Source: a virus. Taken from it: DNA of 49,413 nt. Positions 16,083-24,619 of the stretch are shown piece after piece. Location of the stretch: IMG/VR virus record IMGVR_UViG_2582580504_000002; one strand, given 5' to 3'. The position numbers were made by a program, and so were the translations under genes. The first letter of the stretch is position 1. Each line of letters starts with the position of its first letter. The notes under the pieces are model-generated. The model was given only the letters and a program-made list of their open reading frames with translations, ran no database searches and was not told where the DNA came from.

Positions 16083-16218
16083 TGGCGAACTCGAGTTCCG
16101 CGAGGAGGTCAAGATGGTCATCCGGCGCCACGATCCCGACGCCGACGACTTGCGCGATCTCGCAGGCTCGCTTGAGGACCTCGCCGACCGCTACGAGGCG
16201 ACCGAGGAGGTCCTATGA
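16075..16218 (+). CDS. 47-aa acidic micro-protein
   Basis: MTDGELEFREEVKMVIRRHDPDADDLRDLAGSLEDLADRYEATEEVL, translated by hand, overlapping both neighbours. Confidence 0.65.
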   Translation: MTDGELEFREEVKMVIRRHDPDADDLRDLAGSLEDLADRYEATEEVL

Positions 16219-16301
16219 TGCGCCCCTGGATTCGCGGTACGCTCGTGATGGCCATCGAGATCGTCCTGCTCGCGATCATCGCAGCTGGGTGGTCCCCGTG
16301 A
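16218..16301 (+). CDS. 27-aa single-TM micro-protein
   Basis: MRPWIRGTLVMAIEIVLLAIIAAGWSP; GAGGAGG SD; TGATG overlap. Confidence 0.55.
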   Translation: MRPWIRGTLVMAIEIVLLAIIAAGWSP

Positions 16302-16408
16302 GCTACAGCCAGAACTGCGACGGGTGTGAAGAGACGTTCACCGCAGCGGGATCCTACTGCCCGTTCTGTAGGACTAAACAGCGCTCGGTAGCGGGTGGTT
16401 CGCGATGA
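16298..16408 (+). CDS. 36-aa zinc-finger micro-protein
   Basis: GTG start; CDGC...YCPFCR. Confidence 0.65.
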   Translation: MSYSQNCDGCEETFTAAGSYCPFCRTKQRSVAGGSR

Positions 16409-16697
16409 TAGAAACGTCCGACGCGACGGCCGGTTTTAAGTGGAGGCCGCGACTACTGGTCAGGCAACAAGAAAGGAAGAACACACCCACCGCTACTCGG
16501 TGTGGATCGCAGGAAAAGGGGGTGTCGATTCACCCCCGTGGTTGGCTACCTAATTCTGCGACCCGGACCGATATAAAAGTTCGCCTCTCGAGGAGCCGCG
16601 GCTCTGTTCTGCGTGGCATCCCGCCTCCTCCAGAGAGTCGTCTTTGTGCCCGATAGCATCGCGAGCTGACCGACCGACGACAAGATCACGACACAAC

Positions 16698-17576
16698 ATG
16701 AGCGCAGAACCAACCGCGACCGACGAACCGACGATCGACGCCCGGCTACGGGCGCTCGAGCAAGAGGTCCAGGACCTCCGTGAGGAGAAGAGACAGCAAA
16801 ACGAACGCATCGACGAACTCGAGGGCGAACTCGAGCAGAAGGGCGAGCGGATCGACGAACTCGAGTCCGAACTGCAGCGGGTCGACGGGATCGCTTCCGG
16901 AGCGCTCAATAAAGCCAGTACGAACACTGACCGCGTCGGAGAGCTGCAGGCCCGCGAACTCGAGAAGGGGGCCCATCTCCTCGAGGAGAACATCCCACGA
17001 GGAAGTTCCAGCGAAGAAGCGGCCTACAGCGTCGATGTCGCTGACGGCCGCCTCGAGAAGATCCAGAAAGAGAACGATGAGACATACCTCCGGATGCCTG
17101 AGACCGACGATCCACTCGGACGCGGCGGATCGACGACGCTCGCACACGGAGATCTCCTCCCGATCCAGCAGCTGGCCCAGATGGACGAGGACATGCTCCA
17201 GTCTGCGACGAGCGATCTCCCGTCGGAGCTCGCTGCGAAGCTGTGGAAGGCACGCGATGAGTCCCATACTGGACCGAACCCGTGGCAGAAAGGGAGCGGA
17301 AAGGTCCGCGAGTACGTGAAGTCCAGCGACATCAAGACGTGGATCTACCGCCAGGAGGGCGACATCAAAGAGGAGTACGCGAAGAAGCTCGTCTCGAGAA
17401 CGATCAGCCGACTCCTCGATTACTCGAACAACAAGCTCGCCGTCCAGAAGAAGGACCAGCGGAAAAACGGCCTGACCTACAAGGAACGGTTCGTCGAGAT
17501 CCGCACCGACGTCCCGATCCCTGGAGAGACTGCTGAAAAGGACGATGATCCGGAGACAGATGGAGTCCTCGGGTAG
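16698..17576 (+). CDS. Coiled-coil protein with possible C-terminal winged helix
   Basis: Heptad N-terminus LRALEQEVQDLREE...; helical C-terminus; TATA GATATAAAA at ~16570. Confidence 0.75.
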   Translation: MSAEPTATDEPTIDARLRALEQEVQDLREEKRQQNERIDELEGELEQKGERIDELESELQRVDGIASGALNKASTNTDRVGELQARELEKGAHLLEENIPRGSSSEEAAYSVDVADGRLEKIQKENDETYLRMPETDDPLGRGGSTTLAHGDLLPIQQLAQMDEDMLQSATSDLPSELAAKLWKARDESHTGPNPWQKGSGKVREYVKSSDIKTWIYRQEGDIKEEYAKKLVSRTISRLLDYSNNKLAVQKKDQRKNGLTYKERFVEIRTDVPIPGETAEKDDDPETDGVLG

Positions 17577-17833
17577 AGATGTCCACCGCCTCAGCAACCG
17601 GGCGTGAGCCCTCAGCCATCAACCTGACCTAACACAATGCACACAGCACGCGGTTGTAAGCAACGTACCGCTACTAACTCGTATACCGCTCGATCGGTCC
17701 GTCGTCGGTCTAAACGAGGGACTGTTCGAGAGGTTCTTCGGAGGACTCCATCTGTCCACGGAGTCGTCCCATTTCGTCGTGATCTACCGTCGTGTACCGG
17801 CTCCCGACCAACCTGCAGTCAAACCACGCACAC

Positions 17834-18106
17834 ATGCCACAACAAGAACTCGTAACGCTCGCGATCGGCGTCGGATCCGGCCTCTTCACGGCCGGCATCG
17901 TGACAGCGGTGATCGTTCACCGCTATCTCGACCTGCACTCGGACGTCGTCGAGAGTCTCATGGCCGAATCGATCGGTCGGTACGCCTACCTCCGCGCGAC
18001 GAAGGAGATCGTCGACGACGAGACTGACGAACGGATCCAGGAACGGGGCGACGAGATCCTCGAGGAGTACGACCTGGATGTTTTCGAGACCGGAGGTGAG
18101 AATTGA
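17834..18106 (+). CDS. Single-TM membrane protein
   Basis: LVTLAIGVGSGLFTAGIVTAVIV hydrophobic stretch. Confidence 0.7.
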   Translation: MPQQELVTLAIGVGSGLFTAGIVTAVIVHRYLDLHSDVVESLMAESIGRYAYLRATKEIVDDETDERIQERGDEILEEYDLDVFETGGEN

Positions 18107-18627
18107 TGCCGAAGTACGACCCCGACACCTCTCACTGGGACGAAGAACCGGACGGTCCGCCAGCGTGGAAAGAAGACACCTCTGCGAAGCGAATCGAGAT
18201 CGACGTCCGTCTCCACGACCAGGGCTACCAGACCGACGAGAAGTGGACCGTCCACTGCACCGACCGTCTCGAGGACGAGGGCATCATCGCCGGCTACGCG
18301 ATCGAACACCGGAACAAGGGTAACTACTGGCGCGAGGGCGAGCGCTGGCGTGACGCCGTCGACTTCGCCGACCTGCCGCTACGAGTCCGAAAGCGTGTCG
18401 CCGCCGTGCTGAACCGCGACCTCGAGGAGATCACGCCCCCGTCTCGAACGATCCATCGCGAGGACGGCACGGGACTGGCCGACGATCTCGAGGACGAACC
18501 GCGGACCGTCGAGTGCGTCCACTGCGACGAGGACGTCCTGGCCGACGCGATCGTCGATCACCACACGAGCGAGCATCCCGACCAGCGCTACGATCCCCTC
18601 TGGTACGACGGAGGTGAGTCGAACTGA
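18106..18627 (+). CDS. Hypothetical protein with C-terminal C2H2 finger
   Basis: CVHC...HHTSEH; GGAGGTG SD. Confidence 0.75.
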   Translation: MPKYDPDTSHWDEEPDGPPAWKEDTSAKRIEIDVRLHDQGYQTDEKWTVHCTDRLEDEGIIAGYAIEHRNKGNYWREGERWRDAVDFADLPLRVRKRVAAVLNRDLEEITPPSRTIHREDGTGLADDLEDEPRTVECVHCDEDVLADAIVDHHTSEHPDQRYDPLWYDGGESN

Positions 18628-18914
18628 TGACGGGGATGTCCTACGCCGATGACTGTGACAACTGCGATGCGGAGATCTCGGCAGCTGCTCGCTTCTGTCC
18701 TCGGTGCGGCGCACGTCAGGCGTGGTTTACCGACGACCGCGGCGAGCGCCACGATCCCGGCTCCGCTGTTCGCGATGCCTACCGCCGGATGCTCTCGAGG
18801 GCCCGCGCCGTCGACGACGACCCCAGCGACCCGCGCTCGTTCGAGCAGGCGTTCCGACTGCTCGTCCCTACTGCTCACGTTGGCGTCCTCGAGGAGGCTG
18901 ATCTGGATGAGTAG
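18627..18914 (+). CDS. Zinc-ribbon protein
   Basis: CDNC...FCPRCG. Confidence 0.78.
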   Translation: MTGMSYADDCDNCDAEISAAARFCPRCGARQAWFTDDRGERHDPGSAVRDAYRRMLSRARAVDDDPSDPRSFEQAFRLLVPTAHVGVLEEADLDE

Positions 18915-19083
18915 TGTCCAGCGCTTTGCGTTGCTCGGGATCGTGGGATCGCTCGCGTTCCTCTGGTGGTCGTACGAAGCGGACTCCATTTGGATGGCCT
19001 ACGGATCAGGCATCCCGGCCGGCATGAGTGCCGTCCTTCTCGCAGCCGCAGTTGCCTCGAACCGAGGTGATGACGGTGAGTGA
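18907..19083 (+). CDS. Small two-TM membrane protein
   Basis: FALLGIVGSLAFLWW and AGMSAVLLAAAVA. Confidence 0.65.
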   Translation: MSSVQRFALLGIVGSLAFLWWSYEADSIWMAYGSGIPAGMSAVLLAAAVASNRGDDGE

Positions 19084-19447
19084 GGCCGCCCAAGAATCCT
19101 CGAGCGACAACACGGAACTCATTGAGCCGGTTATCCGTGAGTTCTACTCCTGTCTCGAGAAGCGACCAGTTCCCGTGGTTCCTCGAGCGGCGATCGTCGG
19201 CGCGCAGATTCACTCCGGCAGATCGCTCGAGGAGGCTAACCGAGCGATCACGGCCGCGCATCGATCTGGCGATGTTGCGCAGGTCCGTGGCGCGGATCGA
19301 CTGTTCCTCATGGATCCCGAGATGTCTTCCGAGGCGCTGTTAGCTGAACTTCAGGCGTATCTCGAGTGCGTCGACGACCACGACGAGTCGATTATCGGGG
19401 CGATCAACGCCCGTCGGCAGGAACTCCGTGACGGAGGGGATGCGTGA
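19070..19447 (+). CDS. Hypothetical protein (possible winged helix)
   Basis: Operon overlaps; start could be GTG 19076. Confidence 0.65.
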   Translation: MTVSEAAQESSSDNTELIEPVIREFYSCLEKRPVPVVPRAAIVGAQIHSGRSLEEANRAITAAHRSGDVAQVRGADRLFLMDPEMSSEALLAELQAYLECVDDHDESIIGAINARRQELRDGGDA

Positions 19448-19647
19448 TGTCGGATAACGGGACAGAACGGCCAGAGTGTCCGACGATCACCTGTAACAAC
19501 TGCGGGACCGAACACCACTACGACGCTCGAGGTGGCCACTGTCGGGAGTGCAACGGGTACCTCCGGGAAGCAACCCCAGAGGAACACGAGCAGTTCGGGG
19601 AGTTTCTCGAATGGAACACGCAGACGGAGGCTGATCACGATGAGTGA
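19447..19647 (+). CDS. Small zinc-finger protein
   Basis: CNNCG...HCRECNG. Confidence 0.75.
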   Translation: MSDNGTERPECPTITCNNCGTEHHYDARGGHCRECNGYLREATPEEHEQFGEFLEWNTQTEADHDE

Positions 19648-20458
19648 CGGCGCCGATCTCGAGTGCCCGACCTGCGGCGCTGACCATCTCGACAGCTGGA
19701 AGAAAATAAAGATCCACCACTATCAGAGCCACGGCGAGCGCCTCGTCGAGACGTCGACGTGCGATCACTGCGGTGAGGAGTTCGAACCGACGAATAAGGG
19801 GATCTACTGCAGTATCGAGTGTCGCGCTGCGGCCAATCGGGACCGCGTCTCGTTCGAATGCGAGTACTGCGGCGACACCTTCGAGGTCCATCAGTACCGC
19901 GCGGACGAGGCGCGGTTCTGTTCGCACGAGTGTCGCGGTGCGGCCTCTCGAAAGCAAGCAACTGTCGAGTGCGAGCAGTGTGGCGACAGCTTCGAAGTAC
20001 AGGCCAACATCAGCGATGACCGTCGGTTCTGCTCGCTCCAGTGTTCGGCTCGCTACCGGCGTAACCGCGTTCGACTCGAGTGTGAGCAGTGCGGCCGCCC
20101 TTTCCACGAACACAAGTGCTTTGACGAGGTGCGGAAGTACTGCTGTCACGCCTGCCAGTACGAGGCGGCCCGGGAGACGCCCCGCGAGTTCGAGACCGTC
20201 GACGATCTCCTACACCAGCTGTACGTCGACGAGGACTGGAACTACACGAAGACCTTCCGCCGCCAGCGGGCCGTCCTCGGCGACGAAGACGCCTTGCTCA
20301 AGAAGGAGGTTCGCGAGCACCTCATTGAGATGGGCGTCTATCGGCTGGGTCATCAGCGGAGTCTGACCGAGACCGATCCCGACGAGGTCGGCGGACCGAC
20401 GCCCGATGGAGACAGTTCGTGGCGCGAGTACTACGGGGGCGAGTCGGCCGATGACTGA
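19640..20458 (+). CDS. Tandem zinc-finger array protein (CxxC-x-F/YCSxxC repeats), no HNH domain
   Basis: One C2H2 followed by four CxxC...(Y/F)C(S/C)xxC units. Confidence 0.82.
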   Translation: MSDGADLECPTCGADHLDSWKKIKIHHYQSHGERLVETSTCDHCGEEFEPTNKGIYCSIECRAAANRDRVSFECEYCGDTFEVHQYRADEARFCSHECRGAASRKQATVECEQCGDSFEVQANISDDRRFCSLQCSARYRRNRVRLECEQCGRPFHEHKCFDEVRKYCCHACQYEAARETPREFETVDDLLHQLYVDEDWNYTKTFRRQRAVLGDEDALLKKEVREHLIEMGVYRLGHQRSLTETDPDEVGGPTPDGDSSWREYYGGESADD

Positions 20459-20687
20459 GATCAACGTGCCGACCGCGGTCCGTGAGGGAACGCCGGCACA
20501 GAAACTTGTCTTCAAGGTCCTCGAGCATGCCGACGAACCGCTCGACCAGGACGCGATCGCGGATCGCTCCCTCCTTCCGAAGCGGACCGTCCGGGAAACA
20601 CTCAGCGACCTCGAGGACGCCGGTGCCGTCACGTCGGTCACGTACATGCCGGACACCCGCAGGAAACTCTACCAAATTGATAAGTGA
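20451..20687 (+). CDS. MarR/TrmB-like winged-helix protein
   Basis: AQKLVFKVLE..PLDQDAIADRSLLPKRTVRETLSDLEDAG...DTRRKLY. Confidence 0.85.
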   Translation: MTEINVPTAVREGTPAQKLVFKVLEHADEPLDQDAIADRSLLPKRTVRETLSDLEDAGAVTSVTYMPDTRRKLYQIDK

Positions 20688-20770
20688 CCTATTGGGTCGC
20701 TATACTGCGCTTTATTTACTAATAAACGCTATGTGGTAGGTAACAAGCCGGCGTTGACAGCGCCGGTTCC
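20688..20770 (+). promoter_or_regulatory. AT-rich promoter with small inverted repeat and GC hairpin
   Basis: TTTATT-tact-AATAAA and CCGGCG-ttgacag-CGCCGG ahead of ATG 20790. Confidence 0.45.
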
Positions 20771-20789
20771 TCACAGATACTTCTCAACC

Positions 20790-21455
20790 ATGTCCGCAAC
20801 ACCAACCTCGAGCGACAGGTACCAGTGTAACCACTGCGGCGACTACGCTCCGGTCCACTCCTTCTTCGACGCGGCGATGTGTTCGGAGTCCTGTCGCCGA
20901 GCAGCGGACGCGGAGCCGATTATCAACACGATCAAACACGATCACACAACGTGCGTGACGTGCTTCCGCCGACTCAAGGTCATCGAGAAGCCGCCGGAAC
21001 GGGCCCCGTCGGCTGCAGTCGGCTTCCAGTACCGGACGGAGAACGCCACTTGGGGGGAGAAACAGCGTTCGTCCAGATCGCCGAGCGATGATCCAGACCT
21101 CCCATCGCTCAACCAGCAGGTCTACGCCTACGAGGTTCAGGACGAGACGTCCAGCGAGATCCGGGAGTACTACCCCGGCCGTCGGTACGATCGCGCCAAC
21201 GAACTCGAGCCAATGCCCCAGGCGAACGAACCGATCAAGACTGGGACGGTCTGCCACGTGTGCGGGAACTCGGAACACAACGTCGTCGATCCGGACCTTC
21301 GATCGAACTGCTCGACGATGCTGGTCGGCCATCACTTCACCGAGCGCGTTCGCGAACTCCCAGACAAGTCGATCGACGAACAGCGGTTCTGGGACACCTA
21401 CACGGAAGCGGACCGATCGATCCAAGACGCCGTCGAAGCGGCAGTGATCCTCTGA
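20790..21455 (+). CDS. Cys-rich zinc-binding hypothetical protein
   Basis: CNHC..CSESC, CVTCF, CHVCG motifs. Confidence 0.78.
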   Translation: MSATPTSSDRYQCNHCGDYAPVHSFFDAAMCSESCRRAADAEPIINTIKHDHTTCVTCFRRLKVIEKPPERAPSAAVGFQYRTENATWGEKQRSSRSPSDDPDLPSLNQQVYAYEVQDETSSEIREYYPGRRYDRANELEPMPQANEPIKTGTVCHVCGNSEHNVVDPDLRSNCSTMLVGHHFTERVRELPDKSIDEQRFWDTYTEADRSIQDAVEAAVIL

Positions 21456-21682
21456 TGCGAACCTACAGCGGTGACCCGATCGACGGCACGGTCCAGCACA
21501 TCTCCGAGCGACCGGCCCTCGAGGACGAGGCCGACGACGTCGTCTACGCGACCGACCCGGAGGACGCCGGCGAAGAGCGTACCGAGGGCGTCCCGGACCT
21601 CTCGGAGTCGGAGTCGGACGATGAACCGGAGCGCCCGGTCGTCAAGGGCCAGACGACGCTGCCCGAGTGGTCGTCGCTGTAG
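21455..21682 (+). CDS. Acidic hypothetical protein ending in a QTTLxxW motif
   Basis: TGATG overlap; very acidic. Confidence 0.65.
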   Translation: MRTYSGDPIDGTVQHISERPALEDEADDVVYATDPEDAGEERTEGVPDLSESESDDEPERPVVKGQTTLPEWSSL

Positions 21683-21749
21683 CTGATCCCCGATGACGGC
21701 CGCTGCCTCGGACGCTCACTATATTCGAGAGGCATGCTCGAGGGACCTC

Positions 21750-22200
21750 TACCCGCGACGAGACTGACACACCCAACGCGATCCTGCATTTGTCGTTCCC
21801 GGCAACTGGTGGTCGTGGGATCCAAACCACGGCTGGGGTTCAATTCCTCATGCCGGCCTTCCGATGACGTCGACGTCCGGCAGAGTGTCACGACCTGCCG
21901 GTAGCTGCGTGTTGCAGTTGGTCTCGAGTGGCGCTCGAGGCCCGCCGACTGAGGTAACGATGGGCTGTGACACGCCCAGATAGCTTCTCGCCGCCGCTCG
22001 AGGACTGGATCAGTCGTGTACCATGGACGGCATCTCTTCGATCGTCGCCACCGATCGACGCAGCCAATCTCCCGACCGACGCGAGTTCGTCTCTAGCGAT
22101 CAGGATCAGGAATCTCTGGTCGGTTTCGATCCACATAGCGCCACGAGCGCGGCGAGTACGCGGTGAGGGTTCGGCCGTCGTCTACCCTCGGGACAACCGA
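21750..22200 (+). ncRNA. Candidate large structured non-coding RNA
   Basis: TATA CTTATATT at 21718-21725; consecutive hairpins; complementary loops GTGTCAC (21885-91) and GTGACAC (21967-73); no convincing ORF. Confidence 0.55.
21798..21858 (+). ncRNA. tRNA-like domain (acceptor stem, T-arm and a single additional arm; about 60 nt)
   Basis: CCCGGCA/TGCCGGC acceptor (6 of 7 pairs), TGGGG-TTCAATT-CCTCA T-arm, CGTGG-GATCCAAA-CCACG arm; too short for a full cloverleaf. Confidence 0.55.
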
Positions 22201-22332
22201 GAGGATGGCGGCTCGCTCAGAGTGCCCGAGCGAAAGCGAGGAGATCGCTCGAGCGACCTACGGCCGCGAACCACACCCAGAGCCAGTCCGCTTTCCGTAC
22301 GCGACCATCCTGTAGTTTTCCATACCAGACAC

Positions 22333-22935
22333 ATGCCCGACCTACTCACAGACAACATCTACACGATCGCCGGCGCCGCGATCGCGACGATCGGCATCGC
22401 ACGGTTCTACTACGGGCCCCGATTCAGGGAGATCCCGTGGCAACCGCTCCGGCGCGTGTTCATCCCGATAGCACACAAGCTCGCCCAGCGGTCGGTCGGC
22501 GAGGAGTTCTACGCGAAGAACGAAGCGAAGCCGAAAGAACACGTCGCGACGCTCAAGGCGAAACCAGAGGCCGTTATCGAAGATCTCGGGGCCGCTGACT
22601 ACGTCGTCGAACCGCTCGCCGGCCTCAAGACGAACTGGAACGGGGACACGGAGGTCGCCTCCTACGCCCGCCACCGCGGTTCCCGACCGTTCCCCGGCGC
22701 GCCGGAGTGGCTTCGTCGACGGCAGGTCCATGTGACGTTGTTCCCGACAGCACCGGCACCGGACGGCTCCGTCGGCACGATCGTCACAGCCCACGAGGAA
22801 CTCAATTCGTGGCGCCCTGATCTCGCCGAGCGTCACTACCGGGGCGAGACGATGGACGTCCAGAAGGGTCGTGAACTCGCTGCCGCGGATCTTGGCATCG
22901 ACCTCGAGGACGACGACGCCAACGATGGATCATGA
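22333..22935 (+). CDS. N-terminally membrane-anchored haloviral protein
   Basis: IYTIAGAAIATIGIARFYY TM segment; LRRRQVHVTLF..AHEELN..HY; ATG 22333. Confidence 0.75.
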   Translation: MPDLLTDNIYTIAGAAIATIGIARFYYGPRFREIPWQPLRRVFIPIAHKLAQRSVGEEFYAKNEAKPKEHVATLKAKPEAVIEDLGAADYVVEPLAGLKTNWNGDTEVASYARHRGSRPFPGAPEWLRRRQVHVTLFPTAPAPDGSVGTIVTAHEELNSWRPDLAERHYRGETMDVQKGRELAAADLGIDLEDDDANDGS

Positions 22936-23306
22936 GCGCTCAAAAACCACCGGTGCGTCCGTGGCTTTGCTCCGACCGACTGGTCGACGCCTACCTGGCG
23001 CGGGCTCAAGACGGAGATGATCTACGCGTGTTGAAGACTGTCCGGGCGATCGAGTCGCTGATCGTCAATGCAGGGATCATCGCCGTCACGTCACTCGCTA
23101 TCTACTTCGGCGAGGCCAACGCGTACGTCGTTCTGGCGTCGATCGTCACACTCGGCCTGCTCAACGGCGTCCTCGCTGCGGACTACCGCGCACTGGCACG
23201 GGCGCTCGCCGAGCTGACCGACGCCCCCTCGAGCGAGGACGACACGTCACCAACTGCCGAAACGTCGGATACAGACACGGATCCACAGAAGGACCAGCAA
23301 GACTGA
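22932..23306 (+). CDS. Two-TM membrane protein, holin-like candidate
   Basis: LIVNAGIIAVTSLAIYFG and YVVLASIVTLGLLNGVLA with an acidic tail. Confidence 0.65.
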   Translation: MSAQKPPVRPWLCSDRLVDAYLARAQDGDDLRVLKTVRAIESLIVNAGIIAVTSLAIYFGEANAYVVLASIVTLGLLNGVLAADYRALARALAELTDAPSSEDDTSPTAETSDTDTDPQKDQQD

Positions 23307-23308
23307 CC

Positions 23309-23485
23309 ATGTGGAGTTGCTCGCTCACCCTCGTCGACGACTGCGCCGGCGGTGGGATGTTCTCGGCGCCGACTTCCCACCGCGGTGAGGACGCCTGCCG
23401 AGCGTGCGTCGACGCCGTCGGACCCGCAGCGGGGCCGGGATACGACGACTTCGAGGCAACCCAAGCGTACGAGGTGACGGACTGA
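23309..23485 (+). CDS. 58-aa Cys-containing micro-protein
   Basis: MWSCSLTLVDDC...ACRAC..., translated by hand; ends in GAGGTG SD and TGATG overlap. Confidence 0.5.
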   Translation: MWSCSLTLVDDCAGGGMFSAPTSHRGEDACRACVDAVGPAAGPGYDDFEATQAYEVTD

Positions 23486-23619
23486 TGGGATACTGCCCTC
23501 GCTGCGACGAGAAAGACGGCAACGTCGAGTGGCACCGTACCTGTGCGATGGTCGTCTACGCGGCGGCCGTCCTCGAGGCCGTGCCCGACGATGCCGCACT
23601 TCACCACCCAAAGGAGTGA
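23485..23619 (+). CDS. 44-aa zinc-finger micro-protein
   Basis: MGYCPRC...WHRTC. Confidence 0.6.
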   Translation: MGYCPRCDEKDGNVEWHRTCAMVVYAAAVLEAVPDDAALHHPKE

Positions 23620-23624
23620 CACAT

Positions 23625-23828
23625 ATGCCACAGCTCACACTCACGCTCGCCGAACTCGCAACGATCACGGGCGCAGCGATCTCGTTAGCGCTTCTCCCGG
23701 GCGCTGATCTGGCGAAACTCGCGCTCGCTGTCCTCTATCGGAAGGCTGGCATCAGCCCGGCCTACGCCGAGTCCGTCCAGGACGGCGAGGACGTCGTCCC
23801 AGACGAGGCCGACGGTGACAGCGAGTGA
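23625..23828 (+). CDS. Small hydrophobic/acidic membrane protein
   Basis: LTLAELATITGAAISLALLPG..LALAVLYRK followed by an acidic tail. Confidence 0.65.
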   Translation: MPQLTLTLAELATITGAAISLALLPGADLAKLALAVLYRKAGISPAYAESVQDGEDVVPDEADGDSE

Positions 23829-23835
23829 CTGAGCG

Positions 23836-23970
23836 ATGGCCAGCGACGATCTCGAGCGTGGAGAAGACATCAAAGTGATCGAGGAGGACGGCTGGCTCAT
23901 CTACTGGGACGGCACACCCGACGGCTGGATCCAGTGCCGGCCGCCGGTCGACCTCGAGTACTGGCCCTGA
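23836..23970 (+). CDS. 44-aa Trp-rich micro-protein
   Basis: MASDDLERGEDIKVIEEDGWLIYWDGTPDGWIQCRPPVDLEYWP, translated by hand. Confidence 0.6.
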   Translation: MASDDLERGEDIKVIEEDGWLIYWDGTPDGWIQCRPPVDLEYWP

Positions 23971-23976
23971 CTACTC

Positions 23977-24561
23977 ATGACGAACACTGTTTCCATACCC
24001 TACGAACGCGACGGCAACGACGTCGTCGGGTTCGGTTCGTACCGCATCCTCGAGACGTTCGCCGGCCCAGCTGACGAGGCCGACGATCCCGTCCTCGAGG
24101 ACATCCGGCGAAAGGTGATGCGGGCGATGGAGGATTTCCCCGAACTCACCGGGAAGACGGTCACCGTCGGCCGCCTCGATCCCGACGAAGACGTCCTCGG
24201 ACAGGCGCAGTTCTGGAACCTGCTGATCAAGTTCCCCGTCGAGAGCCTGACCTCCTGGCGCACCGTCTACCACGAGCTGGCGCACCTGGCGATCCACGTC
24301 CGGAACCAGCGCGGCGAGGACGTCCCGCCGACGTCGGAGCCGTTCTGCTCGATCGTCGGGATCTCGAGGATGCCGATCAAGTTGATCGACGACGACCGCA
24401 TCTCCTACCTCGGCCGACCGGACGTCCCTCGCGAAGAGTGGCCGGAGATCTGCCAACGCGCGCTCGAGTACCGCGAAGAACGCGGCGCGAACAGCCACTA
24501 CATCCAGCAGTGCTGTGACTGGCTCGAGATCGACGACCGCGAGTCCCGAAACCCGTACTAA
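23977..24561 (+). CDS. Zincin-fold metallopeptidase-like protein
   Basis: VYHELAHLAIH (HExxH) preceded by LGQA. Confidence 0.75.
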   Translation: MTNTVSIPYERDGNDVVGFGSYRILETFAGPADEADDPVLEDIRRKVMRAMEDFPELTGKTVTVGRLDPDEDVLGQAQFWNLLIKFPVESLTSWRTVYHELAHLAIHVRNQRGEDVPPTSEPFCSIVGISRMPIKLIDDDRISYLGRPDVPREEWPEICQRALEYREERGANSHYIQQCCDWLEIDDRESRNPY

Positions 24562-24619
24562 CACCCTCTCCACGCCTCTCGAGCCGTAACAGGCCGCCTG
24601 ACGAAACTGACTCAACCTC

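Noticed and set aside
16405-16656. 83-aa ORF after the zinc micro-protein
   Set aside because: Basic, atypical composition; overlaps a hairpin and the TATA box of the next gene.
21798-21858. Calling this a functional tRNA-Trp or a tRNA-derived attP
   Set aside because: Too short for four arms, 8-nt loop, 1:72 mismatch; both acceptor strands are present and it is far from both recombinases.
21967-22332. 122-aa N-terminal extension of the 22333 gene, and short ORFs at 22023 and 22206
   Set aside because: Composition is not protein-like for this genome. The 36-aa ORF at 22206-22316 has a weak SD and remains possible but unsupported.
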